This document shows, in pieces, positions 1 to 13,287 of a DNA stretch of 64,000 nucleotides. This DNA is from Tubulanus polymorphus. Lineage: Eukaryota > Animalia > Nemertea. The stretch's first letter is position 1; the number at the start of each line of letters is the position of its first letter. A program made the translations under genes and the position numbers. A model generated the notes under the pieces. The model saw only the letters and a program-made list of their open reading frames with translations, ran no database searches and was not told the origin of the DNA. The DNA is taken from assembly GCF_964204645.1 (NCBI RefSeq), contig NC_134029.1, forward strand, positions 17,850,950 through 17,914,949, written 5' to 3'.

Positions 1-127
1 ATATCTTTTTACAATACAAGTTTGATGATTTTTATTCATGGCACAAAGTTCACTCAGGTGTTCACTCAAGTTTTTTCAAGGGCAATTAGAAATAGAATCC
101 CGCTTGAAATAGTAATCTGTTTAACAG

Positions 128-2195
128 GGAAATGAAGCTGTCGATGGATAGTCTGAAGTGTGTAAGTTCATGGCGAGGACCAATCAGCGGTGCGAGGACA
201 AGTATTCGTATCGGAGGACTGCAACTAGAGGGCTGTACATTCGACGGTTCGAGATTATCAGAAAATCAACGAGATTCACCGAGTATTTCAGCAATTCCTA
301 TGTGTACAGTTGCATGGATCTCTAAGGTTAGATGATATTTTAATGCATGCAATCAGAATTTTTGATCAGTTTTTGATAATGATATTCATAATAATAACTT
401 TATTTTGCCATTGAAGTATAAAGAATTGTACAGATATAAGTATAAAGGACAGAATTAAAAGATTAATAATAATTTCATTGCAACTGTTTGGCAGGTTGAT
501 TGCTATATTGCAAATGTGTCCAATGATTTCGTTTTGTGCTTAAAAATTGTGTCTTCGCTAGCAGATAGGGCCTCTTTTCATCGAAGGCTTAACAAAAATG
601 GTACCTTGTTTCCCCGCAGCGGCCGGGTCATTTTTATGCCTCCGGCTCAACTTTAGTTGAGAGGGGCGTATAGATTTACCCCTGTCTGAATACGCCGCCG
701 TGAAGCCGGGTGCTCGTTCTAGTTGTAAGATATAATAAGAGTTGTTATCAGTTCATTTCTATAGCGTCTGGGTCACAGTAATGTACAGGCAGATAGGTGA
801 CCGGCCGGGTCAAGTATTAAGCTCAGCAGAGTGGAGAAACAAGGTATCAATTCTGCTTAGCCTAATAAATGATTTATCCTAAAAGTGGCCTTCAGTGAAA
901 TAAAATGCCTATAAAAAAATAACCAGATTTTTGATCACCCGGATCATCCGCAAAGAACTACCAGGTATACAAGAGACAGAGTAGTTTAACATTTCAGATC
1001 CAGGGACCACTGTCGAGGGTAACAGAACTCATAAAAAGGACATTTTGAAATAAAAAGGGCATTTTGAAATTTAAAAGGGCATTCTAAAATTTTGAAAATC
1101 TGCTTTTTGCTGCATATTCCAGGCAATTAAAGCCCTGACACAAAGTGCGTTCTAGCATTTTAACTGCATGGAGATGTAGGAAATAAAGACAAAATCTTGA
1201 AGAATTATGTGGTTTGCTTAAAATCATCTACCTCATCTTGTAAAAAAAGTGCCCTTTTCTACTTTGGGCATGAAAAAAAAATAGAAAAAAAAACGGGCGC
1301 AAGATTTTTGCAACGGAAGCACGTGCCTACAGTGCTACCGTCTGAATCCGCGCCTGTGCTATGAGCCATTTTCAAAATGGATCGAATATCTCAGAGCAAA
1401 TGAATACTGTTAAACATCTCTCAATATTTCTGAAATCGTATTGATTAGAAATTGTATATACTGGTGTTCTAAAATTGTATCGTATTGTTATATTAAACAT
1501 ATTGAAAATCTGCATTCCATGTCTCGGTGATGGTCTATAAATCCAAACTGGATAAACTGATAAGTCAGTCTTCTAAATGATATCACATCATCGTTGTCAG
1601 TCTTAAAGGGTTTTCCTCGGTAAACAAAGGCGGCCATTGACCTAGAAAACTCCGGGAATCAGAAAAATCTAGAAAAAAATCAGATCAGGGAAAACTCAGG
1701 AAATCTTACAAAGTTTGCAAAGAAACCTGAAAAACTCTGGGAATTCGGATAATGCTTTAATTGACTACGTGTTTCTTTTATCAATACGTATTTCATGAAA
1801 AATGAATAAACTGTAACATTTTAAACCATGAAATTTCTCCATACACCTGCTGATGCTCTCAGGAATTTCTGTGTTTAAAGCATAGAAAATTCAGGAAAGA
1901 CGCAGGGAATTGTTAAATGGGGAAAAGTGGCCACGCTGCAAAGGAAAATGTATTTCTGACAATCATCAAACACTTGAGACTTTAATTGAAGTTCTTGTAC
2001 ATGTAATTCTAAATGCTGATATTTTGATATTTTTAGGATGCTCCAAATCCTTACCACCCGGACGAGGTTATATCATTACCTGTTTACTACAGCATGGAAC
2101 GCGACCATATAATCACTAGGATGGATGTACCATGTGGTGGAAACCAGAATCAGTGGCTGCAATCGGGCGCTGCTCTCTTCTTGAAGAGCCAATAA
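128..2195 (+). CDS. DYNC2H1: Cytoplasmic dynein 2 heavy chain 1, last two coding exons (128-326, 2037-2195); gene begins upstream of the window
   Basis: AG/GT-bounded exons joined in phase 0 give ...GGLQLEGCTFDGSRLSENQRDSPSISAIPMCTVAWISK|DAPNPYHPDEVISLPVYYSMERDHIITRMDVPCGGNQNQWLQSGAALFLKSQ*. This matches the dynein-2 heavy chain C-terminus as I recall it (LEGCSFDG...SENQxDSPS...DVPCGGNQDQWIQCGAALFL). Confidence 0.93.
584..862. mobile_element. Small TIR element with a nested mini-HINE (~631-724)
   Basis: Imperfect inverted ends AGGCTTAACAAAAATGGTACCTTGTTTC / GAAACAAGGTATCAATTCTGCTTAGCCT. The inner insert starts TTTTTATGCCTC with hairpin CTCAACTTTAGTTGAG and ends CTAGTT, like the larger HINEs in this window. 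Confidence 0.5.
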
Positions 2196-2535
2196 TCTGA
2201 GAAAGCGATCTCCGTTTAAAATCATTGACTCCAGAAGAAATGTTCGTGTTTTTGTTGTGATGCTTTTTCTTGTTTTTATTGTTGTAGTGTGAACCCCATT
2301 GTTCAATAAGATAGAAAAAATTCATTGATATTTCATGTGGAATCTTGTCGACCCCATTGACTTCAAATAGTACGTACAAAACAAAAATGTATCTTTATTT
2401 TCAGCATTATGTAGATAGGAACAACTGGATTATTTTGCCCCCCTCCCCCTCCCCTCATAGGTGGATGCTTATGTTCTTTTTTGCATGGTTCGTACCTGTT
2501 ATTGGATAAAAATCAATTTATTCACATATTATTTT

Positions 2536-2826
2536 CAGGGGCGGATCCAGCCTACCGCTACTACTGCTTGAGCATGCTCACGATTGTAGAAGTGCCTTTC
2601 TATTTTTCAAGTTCTGAAAGAAGTAATTGAAAATGGCCAATTTGAATAATCGAAAATTGGTAAACTTCTTATTTTTCAAAATGTCATATTTTGTGGATGC
2701 AGAGGAGTTGATGCAATAATTAACTCAGATTGCATCTCAGAGCCCTGAAAATTCAAAATTTTCTGTGATATAGGTGCCGTTCCACAGCTGAGCAGTACTC
2801 AAAAACCTTGGTTAGATCCGCCCCTG
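2536..2826. mobile_element. MITE with CAGGGGCGGATC termini (related copy ~25750-25984)
   Basis: Terminal inverted repeats CAGGGGCGGATCCA ... TAGATCCGCCCCTG; no ORF. Confidence 0.55.
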
Positions 2827-4993
2827 ATTTATTTTCATTCATAATCCAGCTAAAATATATATATAAAATATCCAGCTTTTGATATATATAGTACACACGC
2901 TTGTACTGAAATACATGTATACATTATGTCGATATTTGATTTGTGGCATATATACAGTTTGTTAATTAAACCAATAAAATAAGAATGAATCTAAAGAGAA
3001 AATTTAAGAAAACGTGCCATGCCACTAGGTGTAGAACCAAGAAGATGCGATCCATATCAAGTCCAATTATTTGTGAAAATTTAGTTGTTTTATTGATAGA
3101 AAGACACTTCGTTCAGATTTTTTTGCTACAGTTTTGATATAAGGCCTACATCTATATATGTGTGAAGATTCGAGAGAATATTAGTGAAATACACGATTAA
3201 AATCAGCAATCCGTCCGATATACACTTTGTTAGTTGTTTACAGTACCGGTAAAAATATTATATGTAGTGTTAGTATTTTCAATATCAAATAAAAACTGAA
3301 TTAAAATACGTGTCTTGTTTCAGCGGTTTCTGTTGCCTGGTCCATCTACTACTTTCTATCATTAGGTCGTTTCTTCTGCAGCGGAATTTACTAAAAGCAT
3401 TACTTAGGGTCATTTACCCCTTCGTAATGCGGGTATTCTTCAATTGAAATAGACAGTCGCTTGTGTATTAAAACCGACCCCATCACTGTTTCATTAATCG
3501 AGTTACTTCGTTGCTTTTTCCTCTCTGTTTTGTAGGGCGAGTTAGTTTTAGTTTAATTGGTTCACGTTCTCAACGAATTAATTCGTTGCTGTTGTCATTT
3601 GGTTCAAAGTAGAAATTTAAGGGCGACGTTACCTATGGTTTCATTCAGCCAGCTTGGCTACATACAGGTGGTAAAAGAGGACAACCCAACTGTCTTATGG
3701 GCCGGCTGCCTGTCAGTGTGTAGCCTATTCGATTCCTTGTCCGCCCCCTGGTCGCCAAATTATTTCACAGGGCCTGATTCAGGGTTTCTTAAAGGAGGTG
3801 CTCTGGTGATCGTTTCTGAGAAAATTTTGCTAAATTAATAGTCTAACTTTCTTCAGATTGTTTGGGCACTGCTTGATCATTCATATGACCTACTATGTTT
3901 AAACTGTACCTACGTATGAAATCTAGCATTGAAAAGCTGAAACGATGTGAAAGATATTTTCCAAGGAAGGGTTGCTCTAGCCCCCAAAGCACTGAATCCA
4001 CCCCAGTATCAAAATACCTCGCTTAATTCGTATCTCTTGGGACCGTGGTTTTTTCTATGAATTAGACATTGTACTACTGTAATTCGTATTGAACGCAACG
4101 ATTTATCTATTAATTCGTATATTATAAACTACAAATAAAAAACCGGCTATAAAACTGACATTGATCAAACGCCGCGTGCCACTGCCATTCATTGGTTAGA
4201 GATAAATGGCGGGAAAATACGTCGCGTGGCCGCGACACGCACAGTGCCAATGACTGACGAATAAATGATAAGCTTGCCAATCACTGCCAGCAGGCGGAAC
4301 AATGGGATGATGGGATACGAATTACTCGTCGCATTTTCATCAATTGTTTTTAGAAAAGGGACCGTGGATACGGCTACGATTTACGAAGTACGATTTATCA
4401 ATCATCTATATGTTTATAAAAAATCAAATGCATCTCTAATCAAAGATAGCATCAGTGTTAGCGTACCAGAGAAAACAAAGCTCGAGATGTTCGATCAGCT
4501 TTATAAGTATTTTCGATCATCTGATCGCGGACGTATATTGCCTGTGAGTTTGCCGGCGGCATGGGTGCTAACCGAAATGAAACCCAACCCAGAATATCAG
4601 ATGCACATTCGGTAATGGGAGTTCCCACTATCTCCGTGACAACCAATTGTGTACAGTGGATGCATGTTTCAAATGCATTGTATCGGCACGTGTATGGTGG
4701 GATTGGTGATATATGCCAAAGATTACTCGTTCTCTGGCGCTGATTTTCATTATTTTCCACGCGTAAGCCTCACTTCAGCTCGAAATATAACGAAGGGGTC
4801 TTAAAGGAAATGTTTTACACTTCGACCCGAGATTTCGGTCCGATACACAATGGATGTTGAGCTGATCGAGGTAAATGTTCCTGATTGTGTAAAATAAACA
4901 TTCATATGTCGTGCTCACTCTGCATTCCTGAAAATGCACCCTTCCGCCGACCTGAAAATGCACCACGTACACAACATTAGTAACGAAGTAACG

Positions 4994-5178
4994 AGTAGTA
5001 CTATTATAGGTTCACTATTTATCAGCTTATTAATTATTTATTTCGCTACTAATGAATTGAAGCTTCATCAAGTGAATGAGTCGGTAGTGGGATCCGACTG
5101 ATTCCTGATGAAGCTTCTATTCATTATAGTAGCGAAAGCTCGTGCGTCAAATGAATAGTTAACCTATATAGTACTACT
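4994..5178. mobile_element. Palindromic MITE-like element
   Basis: AGTAGTACTAT...TTCGCTACTAATGAATTGAAGCTTCATCA is mirrored by TGATGAAGCTTCTATTCATTATAGTAGCGAA...ATAGTACTACT; a related fragment lies near 36455-36545. Confidence 0.5.
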
Positions 5179-6090
5179 CGTCTCGTTACTTATTTTAAAC
5201 CAGGTTAACACGGCTACTCTACAAATATTCACGTACAACATAGCAAATGACCAACCATAGAATTTGAAAATGCACAAATTGTGCATGTTTTCTATAACTA
5301 TTTCCCGTTAGTTATCTTCTACTGTGGAACCTCGTTCATACGAATCTTGTGGACAAAATTGATATTGTCGTATAAAACTAGTTTCGTATCATCCAACTCC
5401 ATATTATACTACGGGTAGTTACGAAACAACTACAGAATTACAGTGTGCATGACTGTACAGTGTCACAGCTTGCGTGACACAGGAAAACACAGAAACACGC
5501 CGTAACTCGAAATTGATGCCGATATCATGATGAACAGTACAGGATCCAGTCCACAGCTGTGAGTTAAGAGTCTACTCTGAACTCTGGACCAGTTCAACAG
5601 TAATGTGAGTTATAGAGTTAACGTTCTGAGTTAGAATCAGTTATAATCCAATGAGTAATTTAACACTCGAGTTAAATGAACTGTGGAACATGCCCATACT
5701 TCTAAAATTATTATTTCTCCTATAGGATATCTTGAGTTCGGCATTCTACTACGATTGTGTAAATATAACATGTATTTGTTCGGGTTGAGTAAATTTATAT
5801 TTGGTGACTGTACCTCGCCCGGGGAAAGTTAGCAGCCCTTTATACAGTGTGCACTCTCAATTAATTGAATATTTGACGTATATATTCGAAATCTATTCTA
5901 ATATGGCAGACAATACCGTTAAGTTCTCAGACCGTTTACATTTCTAAATCCTGCGATTCTCGTGGTATACCAGGATCATTGTTGAGTCAGGTGAAATGTT
6001 TATGTTTACATTATTGTTAAACACATTATTTTCACATGTTAGTGAATGAAAATTTCGCTTTTATAGATTATTTGAAAATCCCATTTTCAG

Positions 6091-6288
6091 ATTCGCTTGC
6101 CGTGGTATATATGCAGACGGCTTTACGATGCACCATTGCTCTCCTTGCCACCACAGTTATGTTAAGCAGGCTTAAACGCTGGTAAAACCGTTAACCATCG
6201 ATGGTTTATGAGACTTATTACACCAGGGGCTAGGCTGTATGTAACGTCTACGGTGTGTGATGAAATACGCGAGACGCGAAAGGGTCAG
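6091..6288 (+). other. Possible non-coding 5' UTR exon of the fucosyltransferase gene
   Basis: Good acceptor TTTTCAG at 6084-6090 and donor CAG|GTGAGT at 6289, ~630 bp upstream of the CDS; no transcript evidence. Confidence 0.3.
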
Positions 6289-6921
6289 GTGAGTCTATAG
6301 TACACTGCATAATGCATTGCTTAATTAACATTTATCTAATTTTCTACAAATTTGTATTCATCGTTAGGTAGATTGATAGAATCTGCGATTTGAAGACGCG
6401 AGAAAAAACGCCCGGATTTTATCTTATGTTGCTAAAACCATATTGTACTCCCGTTATATTCCACTAGTGCTCTACCAGCGACATTTCCTAAATGAATGTT
6501 TTGATCAAACAATGAATCGCTGTGGTCAGTCGTGTCGAATGTCCTGTTATCTTATCTCGACAAGTTTGAATTTGTGGCGGCTCGGCACAACTTGCTCAAC
6601 GTGTTGTATGTATATCATGCACCGATGGCCATTCGGTGACAGCTGGTCATAGCTCTATAGCGCCTATATAGTTCATAGCCAGTTGAATATAGACAATATA
6701 ATATACAGTAAAACGAGAAAGTAAATCAATTTCTACGTAGATTCCGAGTAAGAAATTCATCATCGTTCGTAAGCCGCATCGTCAAGAAAACGACAGGATT
6801 ATATCATTGGAGTAATGCGTATACGTATGTATCTATTCGTATCTATACCTTAGCGGTTATTACCCGTATACATTTCGTGTTGACTGGAAAGGGTTATCTT
6901 CGTGACATCCTTGCGACTAAA

Positions 6922-7950
6922 ATGCAGGGTAGAAGATGCAAAATTTCACCGCGCCTATATAGGAAAATCGTGGCCGCGATCCTAATTGTTTGCGCATTAT
7001 GTTTGGCGTTAGCGTTGTTGTTAGGAGGACTTCTAAACTCTCAAGACTATGACGCAGTCGCTAGCTATAAGAAATTAATACGTATTGATCGAAGTGGTTT
7101 CGATGAACCGACGTTAACTGCGTTATTCACTGGCCGACTCGGAAATGTAATGTTTCAATATGCGGCTTTATATTCAACGGCTGAAAAGTATTCGTTGTTA
7201 CCTGTTGTGCCCTCAAAATTTCAGCTGTCGTCGATTTTTGAAATCACATCTCCTTGTCAATCGGGTGTTTCGACTCACGAAGTATTCAGGGAGCGAGTAA
7301 ATTATACAGGACGATACGACAAAAAGATCAATTCATTTCATCTCAATCCTAGCCATAATTCGTATCATATCAAAGGATTTCTTCAGTCTTTTAAGTATTT
7401 CGAAAACTACTCGCATAAGATCCGCCGACAATTTACCTTCCGGAAACGAACGCGCCATAAAGCGAAAAACTTCATCGATGACAATGTTAGTAATTATTTG
7501 GAACGCATTGGAAGGCGCAATTCGTTTAAGAAGTTACAGTTAGTTGGAATACACGTTCGTAGAGGCGACAATCTGTCTGTTTTTAATATCGGATTCGGAT
7601 ACGTGGTTGCCGGTAAATATTATATTAAACGTGCCATGCAAAAGATGACGTCAATGTATAAGAATATTCTGTTTATAGTTGTGTCGGATGATATCGTTTG
7701 GTGCGAGGATAATATCAGATATTACAACAATACGATATTTTCCCGTGGCAACAGCGCGGCAGTTGATATGGCAATCTTATCTATGTGCAATCACGTGATT
7801 ATGACGACTGGTTCATTTGGCTGGTGGGCGTCGTGGCTCGCTAACGGTACCACGATTTATTACAAAGATTGGCCTCGTCCTGGCTCGAATCTATCGCTAG
7901 AAGTCGGACACGAAGATTACTTTCCACCGACCTGGATCGGACTGTCTTGA
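6922..7950 (+). CDS. Galactoside alpha-1,2-fucosyltransferase (GT11, FUT1/FUT2-like), single coding exon
   Basis: ATG at 6922 (the ORF track starts at GTG 6877). Type II TM anchor IVAAILIVCALCLALALLLGGLL; GT11 motifs GRLGNVMFQYA, GFLQSFKYF, VGIHVRRGD, FIVVSDDIVWC, DMAILSMCNHVIMTTGSFGWW and DYFPPTW. Confidence 0.93.
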   Translation: MQGRRCKISPRLYRKIVAAILIVCALCLALALLLGGLLNSQDYDAVASYKKLIRIDRSGFDEPTLTALFTGRLGNVMFQYAALYSTAEKYSLLPVVPSKFQLSSIFEITSPCQSGVSTHEVFRERVNYTGRYDKKINSFHLNPSHNSYHIKGFLQSFKYFENYSHKIRRQFTFRKRTRHKAKNFIDDNVSNYLERIGRRNSFKKLQLVGIHVRRGDNLSVFNIGFGYVVAGKYYIKRAMQKMTSMYKNILFIVVSDDIVWCEDNIRYYNNTIFSRGNSAAVDMAILSMCNHVIMTTGSFGWWASWLANGTTIYYKDWPRPGSNLSLEVGHEDYFPPTWIGLS

Positions 7951-8898
7951 CAGCGTCAATTCATCTTTAGAACTAAGATCAGTTCGAATATCCATGACAA
8001 AAATAGGGGAAAAAGAGAAAAAATTTTCATATTATTTGTTGATTGTCGACAATTTGATTACACGTAATTTTACAAATTCAATAGCGAATATATATTTTGT
8101 TTCAAAAATTTAGTTATGTAATAATGTATATAATCGAACTTATGTTATATGCCAGACGAACGAATCAGTATGAATAAAACCAAATTATTTTTACGTGGTG
8201 CTTGTCGGTGGATTCAAGAGTTAGACTCGGTCGGCCAATTTTCACTGACAGGTTTGGCTAGTGGTCCGTTTAGTTTGCGCTTTAAGATGAAAGTGATCAT
8301 GATACGAGTTGAAAAATCTCGCGAGGCGTGGGTTTTTACAAATCAGCTCATTACTTAATTCACGCTATTTCATTGGGTTTGCATGAAGAAAATATACTGT
8401 TTACATACTCCTGCACAATATCTTAACCGAAACTGCAACTTCTATTAACCACATTTTTATCGTTACAATATTTGATAATTTACTATGAATTTGTGAAGAG
8501 TTTGAAAAATTTGGGTATATACTTAACCTTTATTGTCAGTTAATAATAAACTTTTGACAAATAACATACAATTCAAAAGTTTATTATTAACTGACTATAA
8601 AGTTTGCAGTTAAAGTATACATACAAATTGCAGATCTGAAAAGTAATTGCTCTCCGAAACATACACTATGCTTTAGCTGATTAGTCGCGGTTGTTGATAT
8701 CCCTTGTTTGGAGACAAACAAGGGATCGGTTTCCAAGAGATTAACCACGACTAAACAGGAATAAATCAAATAGCAAATAGGAAAAATATGAAATATATTT
8801 GTAGACTGGTGGGCGCTGAGCGGGAACCCGTCCGCCCATGAAATCGTGGGCGATGCAATAGACCACTGTAAAGGGTTTGCGGCCAGGCTTTGTGTTGG

Positions 8899-9076
8899 CG
8901 TGAGCTCCAGCGGGCGGCAATCAAAACCTGGCGAGCGAGTGTCGTGCGACCGGGAGGGGGGAGACCCGAAATAGCTGCGGGAGCGGTCGTTGTTCTTGTT
9001 CGAGTAGTACGTCCCCTCCTCCCGGTCGCACGACACTCGCTCGCCAGGTTTTGATTGCCGCCCGCTGGAGCTCACG
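8899..9076. repeat. GC-rich perfect 59-bp inverted repeat with 60-bp spacer
   Basis: 8899-8957 is the exact reverse complement of 9018-9076. Confidence 0.9.
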
Positions 9077-9511
9077 GCGATGTGGAAACCCGAGACCAGA
9101 AATTAACTACAATCTCAACGCGGTGATACGATTCAAGAAGTATATTAAATGTATTTACAAGCTACTACGGACATTATATTACCTAGCCGCGTGTTGCGCT
9201 GCCTCTGCTCTCGTTCCGTCCGATGTTGCTCCCAATGTCTCTCCCGCTCTCTAGAGTTCGGTTTGTACACTGTATTTATTCTATAAGTTTATTATCGCTA
9301 AAAAAAGAAAAACTTAAAGCTTTTAATTATTCCATAATACTAGATAGCAAATATTCAATAGCAGAAAGTGATACGTAATTAAATTGATCAAAATTTCTAT
9401 GTCACAACACGAGGATGAATTAATTGTACGGGACGATGTTCTGATTATGCGGTTCTGTATCGATTCAGTTAAAGCTACGAGCATTCGATCATTTGAGATG
9501 ATTGCTCGTAA

Positions 9512-11138
9512 GGAGCTGTTCAAAAATTACGTAACGCATTTTTTTGACGCCTTATAAAACGTTACCATTATGAAACCTAAACAATGCTAACCATTCAGCG
9601 TCATTTTACAAACGACAGCCGTAAATCGATGTGCAAAACGTCACAGGTCTATGTGTACACAAACAAGCTATCTGGCAAAATATTATTGACATAGATGTAG
9701 AATGGCTTCCTGTGATTATATAATGACCTATATTTGAACGTCGAAATGTTATATTGCATTGAATATCATTAGAAGACGTATTGTGATAGTAAAGGATGTA
9801 TGATTATATCAGAAGCGGCAGGCATAAATAGAAATGATAAGTAAATCGGATTATTCGGTTAAATGGCGGATGTATACACGATTTGGAAGTCTGATATAAA
9901 AGTCAGACCCTGACGTGGGCATGCCGGTGGAATGACGAAGCTATCTACGATGTGTGTACGGCCGGCGTGAATTTCATCAGCGGCTACAAGCGGTCAATAT
10001 GAAAATGTGTAAACATATAATTTCAATATTCAAACGTTTTAGAAAATATGTTTGATATTAGGAATATGCAGGTTTCGTGAGATTAGCAATTTATAATAGC
10101 ATAGCTATCATATACGGCTCCGCGTCCTCTGATGGCATGTGTATTAGGTGACAATTCAATTCAATTCTTTATTGATCCTTATTACATTGAAATTTCGGGA
10201 TAAAATTCCCAAATTCAATAAATACAAATTTTAAAATTAATTAATACAACATACATGACACACGGGTAATTCATACAGAACAACATAAGCATGTTATTTT
10301 AAATGACAATGTCTACTTCAACCCACCCAGACTCAAGACTCTAGGATATCGAGTGACAGCCAAACCCGTGGCCCGGGCCGGCTGGCTAGGCCACACGATA
10401 TGCTAGAAGTCATGATGAAGCAGACATCAGAAGAGCTCGTTCTTCAACCATGGAGGCAATGAAGTTGCAGACCAGCTTAGAGGCATAAGTAAATAAAGTC
10501 GGTCGCAAGTTCGCGATCAATTATTGAGAATTTTCAATAAAAAAATTTAAACCACTTCTAGAGTCGAAGACCCGCTGTATCATCTACCCAATCGCCAAAT
10601 CTCATCATTCCCCAAATTTCTTAAAACTTCGATTTCAAATTTGCAATTCCACATTAGCTTAGCCCAGAAATTATACATTTTTTCCGCAGGCGTCAAATAA
10701 TTTTCTAAAATTAATTTTCTTGTTGGGAAATTTAGACACCCCCTCTCCCCTTGTAACAGCTTGTAACAAATGTTGTCACACCCCCCTAAATATTATGTAA
10801 CAAAATGAAATACCCCTCCCATAATTATTCATTTAGACCATTAGGACATTGGGTAGGCCTATAGGTAACAATCTAACAGTAAATAATGCACCACTTGATT
10901 TTTAGATGTTTTTTTTGTATGAGATCATTTTCCTATAATAAGTTTAAGTTAGTTCAGCTGTGGTTTCAAGCATATTGTATAGTTCGAAGGGTATTATGAA
11001 GAATTTCATCCTTCTGAGATTTCCATGTGTTTTGTTATGTAACAGATGTCCTGACACCCCCCTCCCCCTGTAACAAGCTGCAACAAAATGTGTTAGACCC
11101 CCAACCCCTGACGCGTTACGTTATTTTTGAACAGCCCC
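9512..11138. mobile_element. Non-autonomous PIF/Harbinger-like DNA transposon with nested fragments
   Basis: 26-bp TIRs: GGAGCTGTTCAAAAATTACGTAACGC on the left versus GGGGCTGTTCAAAAATAACGTAACGC (reverse complement) on the right, 24/26 identical. Flanked by TAA on both sides (9509-9511, 11139-11141). Confidence 0.65.
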
Positions 11139-13287
11139 TAAGTTATAGTTTATTCATCATAATCAAGTGACACGATTGGATGACATGAACACGGGATTAG
11201 CAGCAAAACGATATATTATTATACACAGTACGTGTTGTAGGCCTATACACATTAACAGAGTTACAAAAATATTTTCAGGAAAAAAGTGCAGGAAACAAGC
11301 ACCGTACTGTATATAATTTCAAACATCAAATTCAACGTATTTACCCAAATTGTGCGCATGAATTGTCCGATTTGTTAGCGGAATATGAGTTATGGTAATT
11401 CATTCGTGAGTGCGATTCACGATTTTACGGTCCGCAGCGGTTTTAGACGGAGATGGTCGATGCAGTGTACATTCGACTTTTTGTCGGTGCGTACATTTTG
11501 TCCACACCCCGAAACGGGCAGCCCGCAACCACAAGGCAGAGTAATGATACTGGAACCAGCATAGCCCATGACGGGTCAGTGCCACTTCACTATGATTTGT
11601 CAGACGGTCGTTCCTTGGCACCGCGTCTGAAAAAAAATCGATTGAGGCCCTATTAGAAGAGGTCATTGTATTCAAAATTGCTGATTGAGAGCCATATTTT
11701 AATTTCAGAAGCCTTTGTCTACAATTTTCATTGGAGAAGCTTTCTTTTGTGCGCTTAGATTTACTTTTCGTTGAAATTTTCGTCTAGCTTTGTATTAACG
11801 GTGTCAATGAGTCCGTCATTCCAGCATAATTGAACATTGTAGATTTAAATTTCAGCGTTGTAGTTTTCATCGCCATTCCATCTAACCCTGAAAGGGTTTA
11901 AATTCAAAGTAACTGGCAAAGCAAACTTCTTATCCCCAAACCATTATTAGGCCCATCCCTCAGGTCCGGTTCGCTTAAGTGATTGTACTTCTGCGATTGC
12001 GTTATGTCCTGGAAGCTGAGGTAGCTTGTTCCATATACCTCTTTTCGGAAAAAGATAGTAGTGGCGGCTCGATACCAGTTGTGCAGCGAAAAGCAGTACG
12101 ATAGCTCCCAGAGGAAAGCTTGCGTAAAGCTTTCTTCCAATTCTCGCCAGCGTTCCTATGGTATTACGTAACGTAGAATTTCCGCTAGTCAGTTGGGCTC
12201 TGAGTGACACGCGTCGGAGCTTCCGTTAATGATCTCTGACTTCCAGTTCCGCAAGTCCTAGATAAAGTTGACGACAAAACTCCAACTACCGATGAAACCG
12301 TACTTTATTTGAACTAGCAGACAATCTAGAATATCCTAGATCTGGGTTTTCAATTATCAAATTCCAAGTCACAGCGCATTTAGACCGTCGGTAAGAAAGC
12401 GGCACAGTAGTAAGTCCAAGAACAATTCACTCTAGTGGGAAATGACTCAGAGCTTGGCACCAAACATATCACCTGACACCTGACACCTTCAAGTATCAGG
12501 TAAGATTTTGGTGCTAAATTTTCAATTGTTGTCAGGTAACCATAGCGACGGTTTTCTGTTTCTAGAGTTCTGCACCAGGGTATGTGTAAGCTACGAGTGA
12601 TCATCTCAAGTTCTTGAGATGTTTGCTCGTATAGTAATGAGAAAAACTCGAATATTTTCATAACCAAATGAAATAAATAGATATACCTTGTAGGTATTTT
12701 TCATAGTTATACACGGCATACATGAAAATGACGTTTAAGAACCCAAAATATGAAATATTAACTTCTTCAATAGATTTTGACTGATTTCTAAGTGGTATTT
12801 CACATAGGGCCATGAAGAGGTTTATTTTGCGAATATCCGAATGCCGAAATTGTTCAAATTTCGTGTGTGTGCCTTAAAGGTTAAGATGATATACCATCCA
12901 ATGAACCTCAAGATGGCGGGTCATTCCTGGTAACCGTAGCAACAGAACTGATGCAGGCACGCGAAAGTTTGTACTTCTAGTCTTGGTCAAGTTTTATTTA
13001 CAGTTATGATAAAACGCCCACACCGCACTGATTGGCTGACAGTTCTATACATACGTATAATGAGAGACCGTCATAGAATCATCAAGGCGGCAAGCCCGGT
13101 TGTCACAATTAGGTTTCGGTAGTTTTATTATGAGACCGGTGTCAAGAAGCAAATTTCTAGTCACTACTGCGCGCAAGAGCCTGCTATCCTGAAGCCGAAC
13201 CGGAGGCTGCTTTCCAGATATCGCGGCAATGAGATTATGTATGTGATGTTATAAAAACAAAAGTGGTTAGCCAGTTCTATACACGCA

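Noticed and set aside
4265-4760. Overlapping 100-116-aa ORFs
   Set aside because: No identifiable motifs; probably a non-coding or decayed transposon interior.
8587-9075. 162-aa minus-strand ORF
   Set aside because: Runs through the GC-rich inverted repeat; no recognisable domain or splice context.
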